Positions 24,094 to 34,744 of a DNA stretch of 64,000 bases are shown piece after piece. How positions within the stretch are numbered: position 1 is the first letter of the stretch; each line of letters starts with the position of its first letter. This stretch comes from Saccharolobus solfataricus P2 (GTDB lineage Archaea; Thermoproteota; Thermoprotei_A; Sulfolobales; Sulfolobaceae). The stretch lies in the NCBI RefSeq assembly GCF_000007005.1, contig NC_002754.1; one strand, given 5' to 3'. A program made the position numbers and the translations under genes. Under the pieces are notes generated by a model, which had not been told where the DNA came from, did no database searches, and worked only from the letters and a program-made list of their open reading frames with translations.

Positions 24094-25437
24094 ATGTTAG
24101 AAAATATAAGAGATGCAGTAAGGAAGTTTCTTACAGGATCTACACCCTACGAGAAAGCAGTAGATGAGTTTATAAAAGATCTTCAGAAGTCTCTTATTTC
24201 ATCCGATGTGAATGTAAAGCTGGTTTTTTCCTTAACAGCAAAGATTAAAGAAAGGCTAAATAAGGAAAAACCCCCATCTGTGCTAGAAAGGAAAGAATGG
24301 TTCATTTCTATAGTTTATGATGAGCTTTCTAAATTATTTGGTGGAGATAAGGAGCCTAATGTTAATCCCACCAAGCTACCTTTTATAATAATGCTAGTTG
24401 GTGTTCAGGGAAGCGGTAAAACGACCACTGCCGGAAAATTAGCGTATTTCTACAAAAAAAGAGGTTATAAGGTAGGTTTAGTTGCAGCCGACGTTTATAG
24501 GCCTGCAGCTTACGATCAATTGTTACAGCTAGGTAATCAAATTGGTGTACAAGTATATGGAGAACCAAATAATCAGAACCCTATTGAGATAGCTAAAAAA
24601 GGAGTTGATATATTTGTAAAGAACAAAATGGATATAATCATAGTTGATACTGCAGGAAGGCATGGATATGGAGAGGAGACTAAGCTTCTAGAGGAAATGA
24701 AAGAAATGTATGATGTATTAAAGCCTGATGATGTAATCTTGGTCATAGATGCGTCCATTGGACAAAAAGCTTATGATTTAGCATCTAGATTCCATCAAGC
24801 AAGTCCAATTGGCTCTGTAATAATAACAAAGATGGATGGTACAGCAAAGGGAGGTGGGGCATTATCAGCAGTAGTTGCTACTGGAGCTACGATAAAGTTT
24901 ATAGGTACTGGAGAAAAAATAGACGAACTAGAAACATTTAATGCTAAGAGATTTGTTTCTAGAATATTAGGAATGGGAGATATAGAATCAATCTTGGAGA
25001 AAGTTAAGGGATTAGAAGAGTATGACAAAATTCAAAAGAAAATGGAAGACGTTATGGAAGGTAAAGGGAAGCTAACACTTAGAGACGTTTATGCGCAAAT
25101 CATAGCCTTGAGGAAAATGGGTCCCCTTTCTAAAGTACTGCAACATATTCCTGGTTTAGGAATTATGCTTCCTACTCCTAGTGAAGATCAATTGAAAATA
25201 GGAGAGGAAAAAATTAGGAGATGGTTAGCAGCCTTAAATTCTATGACATATAAGGAACTGGAAAATCCTAATATAATTGATAAGTCGAGAATGAGAAGAA
25301 TAGCTGAAGGATCAGGGTTAGAGGTTGAAGAAGTAAGAGAACTTTTAGAGTGGTATAATAACATGAATAGGCTTTTGAAAATGGTAAAAAGAAGGAGGGG
25401 CAATATTGATAAACTCTTCGGAGGGAAAATCGGATAA
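24094..25437 (+). CDS. srp54: Signal recognition particle 54 kDa protein
   Basis: GVQGSGKTT, DVYRPAA, DTAGR, TKMDGTAKGGG and M domain. Confidence 0.97.
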   Translation: MLENIRDAVRKFLTGSTPYEKAVDEFIKDLQKSLISSDVNVKLVFSLTAKIKERLNKEKPPSVLERKEWFISIVYDELSKLFGGDKEPNVNPTKLPFIIMLVGVQGSGKTTTAGKLAYFYKKRGYKVGLVAADVYRPAAYDQLLQLGNQIGVQVYGEPNNQNPIEIAKKGVDIFVKNKMDIIIVDTAGRHGYGEETKLLEEMKEMYDVLKPDDVILVIDASIGQKAYDLASRFHQASPIGSVIITKMDGTAKGGGALSAVVATGATIKFIGTGEKIDELETFNAKRFVSRILGMGDIESILEKVKGLEEYDKIQKKMEDVMEGKGKLTLRDVYAQIIALRKMGPLSKVLQHIPGLGIMLPTPSEDQLKIGEEKIRRWLAALNSMTYKELENPNIIDKSRMRRIAEGSGLEVEEVRELLEWYNNMNRLLKMVKRRRGNIDKLFGGKIG

Positions 25438-26518
25438 TAAAATAATTGAGAAAGCGACACAAATATTATCAAAATATCCCTTGTGTGATAGCTGTCTAGG
25501 AAGATGTTTTGCAAGATTAGGATATGGATTAGAGAATAAAGAAAGGGGTAGGGCTATCAAGATTTCGTTAATGTTAATCCTGGATGAAAAGATAAAAAAT
25601 CATGAAATAGGTGACCTTAGCTCAATTAAAAGAATAATGGAGAATCTCGGACCGATAGCTGAAAAGTGGTATAAACTCTATTTCTCTTCAGAATTTCATA
25701 GCCACCCTTGCTATTTATGCCAAAATAAAATTGAAGATATAAAGGAAGATTTCTCCGATAAGGCGTTCAAGTTGTTATCTGGATTAGGTGTTAAAAGTTA
25801 TGTACTTGGTGTTGAACTAGATGAGGAAACTAAGAAGAAGGAGAGTAAAATTATTGAAGAATTTACTCTAATGTACTACGAGAGTATAAAACACGAAATA
25901 AAAAGGGAAGTAGGTAAAACATTGTCGAAAAGAGGATATCCCCCAAATATGGACAACCCTGAAGTAGAGATAGTTTATAGGCTTTCTGATCTGCAAGTGT
26001 TTATTATATCTAAAAATATAAGAACCTTTTACGTTTATAATCGTCTAAATAGAAACCTACCTATATCCTCTTGGTTCTCTAAACAAGGAAATGAAGGACT
26101 GAATACTTTACTCCAGAGAAAGATCGTTTTCGCGTTTTCTGAACCCACAACAGTAAGGATCCTCGCAGATTACCCTATTGTTATAGAAAATGAGGGAAGG
26201 GATAAGATAGATGTAGGAGGATATTACATTTTCAAAGTGATGACTGTAGGAAAAAAGGAGTTACAAGCGATATCGGCTGCTAAACCAACTATGAGGAAAT
26301 ATAGAGTTACAGTTTATTCTACAAGTAGTCTTAGTGACGCTATAAGGGTATACGGAAATATATATGATCTCTACATAGACGCTAAATCATTTAGTGAGCT
26401 TAATGAGAAATTAAGTAAATTAAAGTCTCAATACGAAATTATAGTACTATCTGTTGATCTAATTGACGTTAAGGGGAGAATCAAAGATATAATTGAAAAT
26501 TATCTAAAATCTTTTTAG
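25406..26518 (+). CDS. Pus10-like protein (Zn/THUMP N-terminus; catalytic motif degenerate)
   Basis: PLCDSCLGRCFA...G..N.ERG, CYLC, SIKHEIKREVGK; no GREDxD motif. Confidence 0.7.
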   Translation: MINSSEGKSDNKIIEKATQILSKYPLCDSCLGRCFARLGYGLENKERGRAIKISLMLILDEKIKNHEIGDLSSIKRIMENLGPIAEKWYKLYFSSEFHSHPCYLCQNKIEDIKEDFSDKAFKLLSGLGVKSYVLGVELDEETKKKESKIIEEFTLMYYESIKHEIKREVGKTLSKRGYPPNMDNPEVEIVYRLSDLQVFIISKNIRTFYVYNRLNRNLPISSWFSKQGNEGLNTLLQRKIVFAFSEPTTVRILADYPIVIENEGRDKIDVGGYYIFKVMTVGKKELQAISAAKPTMRKYRVTVYSTSSLSDAIRVYGNIYDLYIDAKSFSELNEKLSKLKSQYEIIVLSVDLIDVKGRIKDIIENYLKSF

Positions 26519-26541
26519 TTTGGAAGAATATATGCTAGTTT

Positions 26542-27411
26542 ATGAAGATAGGTCTTATAGGCCTAGGTATAATGGGATATAGAATAGCAGCCAATCTAGC
26601 TAAGGCTAATAAACTTAATTTAGTGTATGATAGGACTCAGGAAAAAATTGAAAGTTTCGTTAAGGAATATAAGGTTAACGGTGTACAAAATACTAAAGAT
26701 CTTGTAGAATCATCAGATGTCATAATAACTATGTTGGCTGATGACTACGCAGTGAAGTCTGTGGTTGAACCATTAATACCATTGATGAAAGGCAAAATTT
26801 TAATTGATATGAGCACTATAAGTCCGACATTAAGTATTAGCTTAGCCAAGAGGATAGAAAGCAATGGCGGTACAATGTTTGATGCTCCTGTAATAGGAAC
26901 TTCAGTATTTGTTGAGCAAAAGAAATTGGTTGTATTAGTAGGCGGACCTAAGGATAAGTTTGACATAGTTAATGATATAGCTAAGGAAACAGCATCGTTA
27001 GTAGTATATATGGGCCCTAATGGTATGGGACTTTATTCCAAGCTAGTAAATAACTTGCTTTTAGCCTCTTATGTCGCAGCTATAGCTGAAGCCTATAATT
27101 TCGGAATAAGAGCTGGATTAGAGCCTCAACAAGTTGTTAATATATTAACTACATTAAGTAGTGCTAGGTCTCCAACTACTGAATTAAAAGCACCTAAATT
27201 ATTGAAAGAGGACTATTCAACTCAGTTTGCAACAAAACACATGAGGAAAGATTTAGAAATTATTATGAGGGAAGCTCAGAATTTAAAGATAATTACACCG
27301 GTTTCATCATTAGTATTAGAACTGTATAAAATGGCAGAAGCATTAGGATATTCTGAGGCCGATTTCATCTCAGTTGTAGAAGTCTTCAAGAAACTCTCAC
27401 CTAAAACCTAA
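26542..27411 (+). CDS. 3-hydroxyisobutyrate dehydrogenase family NAD(P)-dependent oxidoreductase
   Basis: GLIGLGIMG, DMSTISP, DAPVIG, KLVNN and KDL motifs. Confidence 0.88.
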   Translation: MKIGLIGLGIMGYRIAANLAKANKLNLVYDRTQEKIESFVKEYKVNGVQNTKDLVESSDVIITMLADDYAVKSVVEPLIPLMKGKILIDMSTISPTLSISLAKRIESNGGTMFDAPVIGTSVFVEQKKLVVLVGGPKDKFDIVNDIAKETASLVVYMGPNGMGLYSKLVNNLLLASYVAAIAEAYNFGIRAGLEPQQVVNILTTLSSARSPTTELKAPKLLKEDYSTQFATKHMRKDLEIIMREAQNLKIITPVSSLVLELYKMAEALGYSEADFISVVEVFKKLSPKT

Positions 27412-27435
27412 AAATCTCCTTTTTATACCTAAATT

Positions 27436-28233
27436 ATGAACATCAATATTTCTGGTAAAAGAGTCCTCGTTACAGCATCCACAGAAGGCATTGGTAGGGG
27501 GATTGCAGAGGCTTTTTTAAGAGAAGGATGCAACGTTGTAATATCTTCTAGGAATAAAGATAAAATAGAAAAAGCTATTTTAGAAATGAGAAAAATAGGA
27601 CCATCAGTATGGGGCTTTCCAGCAGATCTAACTGATTTTAAGTCTCTAGAGGAGTTAGTTGGCTACGCTTTAAAGATCATGAACGGAATCGACATTTTGG
27701 TTGTAAACTCTGGAAATCCTCCTAAAGAGCCTTCCTATTTTTTTGAGAACACTATGGAGGATTGGGAATATGCTACTAAACTGTATCTATTAAGTGCAAT
27801 AAAACTTACAAATCTAGTATATCAATACATGAAGGCTCAAAGATGGGGTAGAATATTCTTCTTATCCTCATGGACAATCAAAGAGCCTCAACGAATATTC
27901 TCGTTAGCAGATATTACAAGAGCACCATTAATTCAGATGGCAAAACTACTTAGCAAAGAATTGGGGGAATACAACGTAAACGTTAACGTAATCTTAATGG
28001 GTAGTTTTGAAACTGAAGGAGCTAAGAGATCCTTAAAAAAATATGCAGAAAAAGTTGGTCAACCATTAGATGTTATTTGGAAGAGGGAGGTAATTTCTCA
28101 AATTCCTATTGGAAGGACTGGGGACATAAAGAATGAGTTAGGTTCTCTTTTGGTATTTTTATCATCAGACTACGCAGGATATATTAATGGGACATCAATT
28201 CTAATAGATGGTGGAATGTCAAGAGCGATTTAA
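27436..28233 (+). CDS. Short-chain dehydrogenase/reductase (atypical active site)
   Basis: TASTEGIGRG, DILVVNSG, NGTSILIDGG. Confidence 0.85.
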   Translation: MNINISGKRVLVTASTEGIGRGIAEAFLREGCNVVISSRNKDKIEKAILEMRKIGPSVWGFPADLTDFKSLEELVGYALKIMNGIDILVVNSGNPPKEPSYFFENTMEDWEYATKLYLLSAIKLTNLVYQYMKAQRWGRIFFLSSWTIKEPQRIFSLADITRAPLIQMAKLLSKELGEYNVNVNVILMGSFETEGAKRSLKKYAEKVGQPLDVIWKREVISQIPIGRTGDIKNELGSLLVFLSSDYAGYINGTSILIDGGMSRAI

Positions 28234-28344
28234 GGGCTAAAATAAACCTTTAATATTACCCTTGAAGGACTTAAGGTATTATACTTCATCTAACTCATGG
28301 AAAGGTTTATAAAATTAGTCCTATAGTAGTATTATAGAGAAAAT

Positions 28345-29521
<1,177 letters not shown>

Positions 29522-29584
29522 TTCGTATGTCGAACCTTTCTTTACCGAATTCATTATATATCCTTTACCTTAATTCTCACTTGT

Positions 29585-30970
29585 ATGATAAAAGTAGGTA
29601 TTTTAGATTCGACGTTAAGAGAAGGAGAACAAACTCCTGGAGTAATATTTACTGTAGACCAAAGAGTAGAGATAGCTAAGGCTCTATCCGATTTAGGAGT
29701 ATCTATGATAGAAGCCGGTCATCCGGCTGTATCTCCAGATATTTACGAAGGGATAAAAAGAATAGTCAAATTGAAAAAAGAGGGTATTATAACATCAGAA
29801 ATTGTAGGACACAGTAGAGCCGTAAAAAGAGATATAGAAATTGCAGCAGAATTAGAGGTAGATAGGATAGCAATATTTTACGGCGTAAGTGATATACATC
29901 TAAAGGCGAAACATAAAGCAACAAGAGAAGAGGCTTTAAGGGTAATAGCTGAGACAATTAGTTACGCTAGGAGTCACGGCGTAAAAGTCAGATTTACCGC
30001 AGAAGATGGTTCAAGGACAGACTTTGACTTCTTAGTTACAGTATCGAGAACGGCTAGAGATGCAGGTGCGGATAGGGTTAGTATAGCTGATACTGTAGGC
30101 ATATTATATCCATCAAAAACCAAGGAATTATTTAGCGCGTTAATAAGGGAAGTTCCAAACTTGGAGTATGATATTCACGCTCACAATGACTTAGGTCTAG
30201 CAGTAGCAAATGCATTGGCTGCAGTAGAAGGTGGAGCTACGATTGTTCATGCAACGGTTAATGGGCTTGGAGAGAGGGTTGGTATAGTACCTTTGCAACA
30301 AATCGTAGCAGCTATTAAGTATCATTTTGGTATAGAAGTAGTTAAACTAGATAAATTACAGTACGTTTCCAGTTTAATTGAAAAGTACAGTGGAATTCCG
30401 ATGCCACCTAATTATCCCATAACTGGGGATTACGCTTTTTTGCATAAGGCAGGAGTTCATGTTGCGGGTGTGTTGAGTGATCCTAGAACATATGAATTTA
30501 TGCCTCCAGAGACGTTTGGTAGAACAAGAGATTACACTATTGATAAATATACAGGAAAGCATGCGTTAAGAGATAAATATGAAAAACTAGGTGTGAAAAT
30601 CAGTGAGGCTGAAATGGATCAGATTTTAGCTAAAATTAAGTCAAATACGACTATAAGATTTTACAGAGATGTGGATTTACTAGAGTTAGCTGAAGAAGTT
30701 ACCGGAAGAGTTTTGAAGCCAAGACCACCTGAGCAAATAGAAGCGTTAATTTCAGTTAAGTGTGATTCTAACGTTTATACCACATCAGTAACTCGTCGTT
30801 TATCAGTTATTAATGGCGTTAAAGAGGTTATGGAAATTTCAGGAGATTATGACATACTGGTCAAGGTTCAAGCTAAGGACTCTAATGAATTAAACCAGAT
30901 AATCGAAAGTATAAGAGCAACTAAAGGTGTGAGATCAACATTAACATCATTAGTCCTTAAGAAAATGTAA
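29585..30970 (+). CDS. Homocitrate synthase / isopropylmalate synthase family enzyme with C-terminal RAM (Lrp/AsnC-like) domain
   Basis: DSTLREGEQ, HAHNDLG, NGLGERVG, HKAGVH; C-terminal ISGDYDILVKV...GVRSTLTS (RAM). Confidence 0.88.
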   Translation: MIKVGILDSTLREGEQTPGVIFTVDQRVEIAKALSDLGVSMIEAGHPAVSPDIYEGIKRIVKLKKEGIITSEIVGHSRAVKRDIEIAAELEVDRIAIFYGVSDIHLKAKHKATREEALRVIAETISYARSHGVKVRFTAEDGSRTDFDFLVTVSRTARDAGADRVSIADTVGILYPSKTKELFSALIREVPNLEYDIHAHNDLGLAVANALAAVEGGATIVHATVNGLGERVGIVPLQQIVAAIKYHFGIEVVKLDKLQYVSSLIEKYSGIPMPPNYPITGDYAFLHKAGVHVAGVLSDPRTYEFMPPETFGRTRDYTIDKYTGKHALRDKYEKLGVKISEAEMDQILAKIKSNTTIRFYRDVDLLELAEEVTGRVLKPRPPEQIEALISVKCDSNVYTTSVTRRLSVINGVKEVMEISGDYDILVKVQAKDSNELNQIIESIRATKGVRSTLTSLVLKKM

Positions 30971-30980
30971 ATTCCCTTCT

Positions 30981-30993
30981 AAAACTTTTTAAG
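30981..30993 (+). promoter_or_regulatory. BRE-TATA of the tRNA-Leu gene
   Basis: AAAAC-TTTTTAAG about 26-33 nt upstream of the tRNA 5' end. Confidence 0.6.
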
Positions 30994-31018
30994 GAAAACG
31001 AGTTTATATTTAAAATGT

Positions 31019-31118
31019 GCGGGGGTGCCCGAGCTGGTCAAAGGGGGCGGACTCAAGACCCCTTAAGTGAGAGATCCGCTGGCGAAGGCCTTCGCGGGTT
31101 CAAATCCCGTCCCCCGCA
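31019..31118 (+). tRNA. tRNA-Leu(CAA) with 16-nt intron at canonical 37/38 (31058-31073); CCA not encoded
   Basis: Acceptor stem GCGGGGG/CCCCCGC, anticodon stem GCGGA/TCCGC, CAA at 31054-56, long variable arm, GGTTCAAATCC T-loop. Bulge-helix-bulge: CTCA/TGAG helix with two AGA bulges. Confidence 0.96.
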
Positions 31119-31783
31119 TCCATTTCTTCAATTCTACCTTGTTCATTAGCCAATATGATCTTATTATATAATTCCTTGCAGAAAATTCCAGTTTCTACTA
31201 TTGATGGTATATTCTTTATCATTCTGTCAAACTCGCATAGATTTTCAGTTTTAACAGAAACGTCCAAAATCACATTTCCATTATCTGAAATAATTGGCCC
31301 CATTTTACCGCTTCCCTCCCTTATTTTCACGGTAAATCCCATTTTCTCTAATTTGTATTTGACATAACTTACTCCAACGCTTATGACCTCAATTGGAATA
31401 TCAATCACTTTAGTGTCTTTTAGTTTAGTAGATTCTCCTATAAAAATTCTGTATTTAGAAAAGTATGCCAAAAGTTTTTCCCTAAGCAAGGCACCTCCTC
31501 CACCCTTTATCATAATACCGTCTTTGGTAACTATATCGAAGCTATCGACGTAAATTTCTGGTTGAATAGCGGAGAAAAGGGAAAGTACTTTAAAACCGCG
31601 CTTACTTAATTCGATTTCAGTATCGATAGAGCTCGCAACAAATAATGAGCTTTCTTTAAGATTTTCTTCACTACTTAAAACTTCTATCAATTTCTTAACA
31701 GTTTTTCCAGTACCAACGCCTATTATCTTTTTTCCTCTTAGATAGTTCAAAGTATACGTTGCTAGTAATTCCTTTGGATCCAC
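31100..31783 (-). CDS. rpiA: Ribose-5-phosphate isomerase A
   Basis: GVGTGKT, DSFD, KGGGGALLREK, SDNGNVILD, VETGIF. Confidence 0.94.
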   Translation of the reverse strand: MDPKELLATYTLNYLRGKKIIGVGTGKTVKKLIEVLSSEENLKESSLFVASSIDTEIELSKRGFKVLSLFSAIQPEIYVDSFDIVTKDGIMIKGGGGALLREKLLAYFSKYRIFIGESTKLKDTKVIDIPIEVISVGVSYVKYKLEKMGFTVKIREGSGKMGPIISDNGNVILDVSVKTENLCEFDRMIKNIPSIVETGIFCKELYNKIILANEQGRIEEMDAGDGI

Positions 31784-31817
31784 GAGTATATGGTTAGTAA
31801 AGTAAATATAAAACCTA

Positions 31818-31872
31818 ACTCAGCGTTTGCACATCCCTCTTCACCGATCTAAGCCTGGAAGCTCATCATTTA
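31818..31872 (-). ncRNA. Box C/D guide sRNA (guides match tRNA-Ala(UGC)-type anticodon loop and D-loop)
   Basis: Minus strand reads ATGATGA-gcttccaggct-TAGA-tcg-GTGAAGA-gggatgtgcaaacg-CTGA; TTAAATA lies 25 nt upstream of the C box. Confidence 0.85.
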
Positions 31873-32161
31873 TAAACAAATTATATTCAAAGGTATTTAA
31901 CCTTAGGGTGTTAAAATATGTCAAACTCAGATCATTTAGCAAATGAAAGAACCTTATTAGCGTGGATAAGGACTGGGATTGCCCTAATAGGTTTCGGTTT
32001 TGTCATAGCTAAATTCGTACTCTTTTTACATATCCTAAAGCCGACCAGTACTACTCAATCTATATCAGTAATTTACGGTGAGGTTATGATAATTTTAGGT
32101 GTAATAACGATACTTTATGGTTTATATGCTTATTTAGCTTACGAAAAGGATTTAGAGAGAG

Positions 32162-33308
32162 TAGCACTTTACGGTTTTCTCCTCCTCTTGAACAGTTTTT
32201 TGATCCCACCCACCTCGTGATAAATACTTTTTATCAATCTGGCCAACCTTTTGGCCCCGAGCACCAGACCCGTGGAGTACTTGAAGTATTGGACAACGAG
32301 GAGGGAGAGAGCCTTCAAGGCCACGAAGCCTGAGTTCCTAACCCAGGTCAAGAAGGACCCACCCTCGAGTCCCAAGGCCTTGAGCTCTCTAATCAAGACC
32401 TCGATGTCCCAACGGTTCTCCCAGGTTGTTATAATATCTTCAGCCGTGTCGTTAAGGTCGGTGGAGAAGAAATACCTCCTCCCGTAACCCTTATAATCAT
32501 CTATAACAAGTAACTTTATGGGAGTACCCAAGTACTCTACCAGGTACTCCCCTTGGGGGAACTCGCTAACGGGTACGGATCTGCCACCCTCGACGACCCG
32601 CGCGCTGGACTTGAGTTCCCCCACAGTATTCCCTTGGAGAGTCCTCGAGTTCACGTACCATGAGTCGAAGACCTTAGCTTTTACATTCAAACCTGAGAGG
32701 GAGGAGAGAAACTCCAAGAGGGCATCTATCTTGGTCTTGAACTTCACCTCCTCACCCCTACGCTTGAGCTCCTCTTCCACCTTTCGGGGTATGTAGGCAA
32801 TTATGTGGATCACGTAGATCTGGTTGTTCACCAGATCCTTGACGCCAATCACAAGGAGTTGAATCGCGGGTTCGAACCTCTTGTGTGATCTACAGTAGAA
32901 GATCTGCGCCCCGTTTCTGGAGACCGGCATGGCCCTAGCGTAGAGCTTGTGGTCGTGGGTGTCGTCCACTATGAGAAGGACAGGATGATCCCCGACTAAC
33001 TTCTTCACGACCTCGATTAGTTTGGCCTGAGCTGCTTTGTCTAAGTTATTCAACACGGTCTCGTAGTCCATCTCGGCCTCTTGAGCTATTTCGGTAGCAT
33101 TTCTTCCCACGACCGCCCCCAGGACGAGCCTCTTGGCAACGTCCTTCCTCGTTCCAGTCATGGATAGTATGACCTCGTTAACTGCCTTTTCCAATGCCTT
33201 ATAGTACTCCTCCCTCGTCAATTCTTTGGTCATACCAAAATTAAAGGTTCTAATTTTAAAAAGTTTTTATGGGCCTCTTGAACTGCCAGGATTTTCCGAT
33301 AAATGCTA
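32162..33308 (-). mobile_element. Insertion sequence, ISC1217-type, 1147 bp
   Basis: Imperfect 13-bp terminal IRs (TAGCACTTTACGG / CCGATAAATGCTA, 10 of 13), 6-bp DR AGAGAG at 32156-61 and 33309-14, elevated GC, single transposase. The name rests on recalled size, IR and DR lengths. Confidence 0.92.
32169..33233 (-). CDS. DDE transposase (354 aa)
   Basis: [16 protein letters not shown] and [15 protein letters not shown] triad. Confidence 0.93.
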   Translation of the reverse strand: MTKELTREEYYKALEKAVNEVILSMTGTRKDVAKRLVLGAVVGRNATEIAQEAEMDYETVLNNLDKAAQAKLIEVVKKLVGDHPVLLIVDDTHDHKLYARAMPVSRNGAQIFYCRSHKRFEPAIQLLVIGVKDLVNNQIYVIHIIAYIPRKVEEELKRRGEEVKFKTKIDALLEFLSSLSGLNVKAKVFDSWYVNSRTLQGNTVGELKSSARVVEGGRSVPVSEFPQGEYLVEYLGTPIKLLVIDDYKGYGRRYFFSTDLNDTAEDIITTWENRWDIEVLIRELKALGLEGGSFLTWVRNSGFVALKALSLLVVQYFKYSTGLVLGAKRLARLIKSIYHEVGGIKKLFKRRRKP

Positions 33309-33385
33309 AGAGAGGTTCTATAAGACCAAAAAAGACTGAGAATACGATCTTTTCTGTTATAATTATAGCATTTGCAATAATTTTA

Positions 33386-34744
33386 TCATTTCTTTTGTTG
33401 TTCTAGTGTCTTAACTATAACGAAGTTAGTCTTCCCCGCTTCTTGTTTAGGATCCCCTCCTACTATAACGATTTTTTTAAATTTTAAGTCCTTTATTTTT
33501 TCCTGCATTAGCTTGGCTGAGACGTCTATTATCTCGTCTATGGACTGCATCTTTTTGTTTATACTAATGGGTATTACACCATAACAAAGCTTAAACTTTT
33601 TAGCTAGTCTAGGATCAGGAGAGACTCCTATTATGTTACGTTCAGGTCTCAGTCTCGATACGCGCAATATTGAATTACCTGATCTACTATACACTACTAT
33701 TACATCTGCCTTAGATACTTTACTTGCATTTACAGCAGCTAGAGCTATCGCATCACTCTCACTATTTAGTGGTCCGATTGGTCTATGTTTTACACTCTTT
33801 TCTACATTACTTATGATATTATGAAGAGTTCTTACGCTTTCAACTGGATAATTGCCTATGGCTGTTTCATCGCTTAACATTATAGAGTCCACTCCCTGCA
33901 TAATCGAGTTAGAAATATCTATAATCTCAGCTCTGGTAGGTATAGGGCTGTTTATCATCGAAGTTAATACTTGAGTTGCTAAAATGACGGGTTTGCCAAA
34001 TACTCTTGAAGTCCTTACTATTCTCCTTTGAATTAAAGGCAGATTTTCTAAGCCAGTCTCAACCCCCAAATCGCCTCTGGCTACCATTATTCCATCCGAT
34101 TCATTAACGATATTGGTTAAGTTCTTTAATGCCTCACTTTTTTCTATCTTCGCGATAACCCAAGCTTCATCACCTACAAATTCCTTTACCTTCTTTACAT
34201 CATTCTCACTTATTACAAAAGAGAGTCCTATATAATCTGCTCCCAGATCTAAAGCTCTTTTTAAAAGTTTTAAATCGTTGTCCGTTATCCCAGATTTTAG
34301 ATTGACATTAGGAATATTTATTCCTTTTCTCGATAATAAAATTCCACCCTCTATTACGGTTCCCTCTACTCTATCCTTAGCTTTTGACTTAACCCTCACA
34401 CGTATTGTTCCGTCTGCAATTAAGATATCCGAGTTTTCTTTTACAGCCGAATAAAATAACTCATCATCAACTGGAATTCCATCTTTTTGAGAGAAAACTA
34501 TCTTATCTCCTTTCTTCACCTCTATTGGTTCTTTGAGTTCTCCTAGTCTCAACTTAGGCCCTGGCAAATCTACTATAATACTAGATTCCGGTGCATATGT
34601 TCTAATAAGATCAAAATACTTCCTATGAGATGTTTCGTCTCCATGTGCAAAATTTATTCTAAAAACATCAACGTATTCTGCCAGTTCTTTTACTTTTTCC
34701 TCTGAGGAAGGACCTAAAGTAGCAACTATTTTAGTCTTTCTCAT
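33386..34744 (-). CDS. pyk: Pyruvate kinase
   Basis: TKIVATLGP, FRINFAHG, DLPGPK, AKIE, MVARGDLG, ATQ, MLSDETA. Confidence 0.97.
   Translation of the reverse strand: MRKTKIVATLGPSSEEKVKELAEYVDVFRINFAHGDETSHRKYFDLIRTYAPESSIIVDLPGPKLRLGELKEPIEVKKGDKIVFSQKDGIPVDDELFYSAVKENSDILIADGTIRVRVKSKAKDRVEGTVIEGGILLSRKGINIPNVNLKSGITDNDLKLLKRALDLGADYIGLSFVISENDVKKVKEFVGDEAWVIAKIEKSEALKNLTNIVNESDGIMVARGDLGVETGLENLPLIQRRIVRTSRVFGKPVILATQVLTSMINSPIPTRAEIIDISNSIMQGVDSIMLSDETAIGNYPVESVRTLHNIISNVEKSVKHRPIGPLNSESDAIALAAVNASKVSKADVIVVYSRSGNSILRVSRLRPERNIIGVSPDPRLAKKFKLCYGVIPISINKKMQSIDEIIDVSAKLMQEKIKDLKFKKIVIVGGDPKQEAGKTNFVIVKTLEQQKK

Larger units (their letters stand above)
31918..33406 (+). pseudogene. DUF202/YidH-type membrane protein interrupted by IS
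   Basis: [13 protein letters not shown] motif. Removing the IS and one AGAGAG copy restores a 111-aa ORF ending ...ERGSIRPKKTENTIFSVIIIAFAIILSFLLLF*. Confidence 0.88.
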
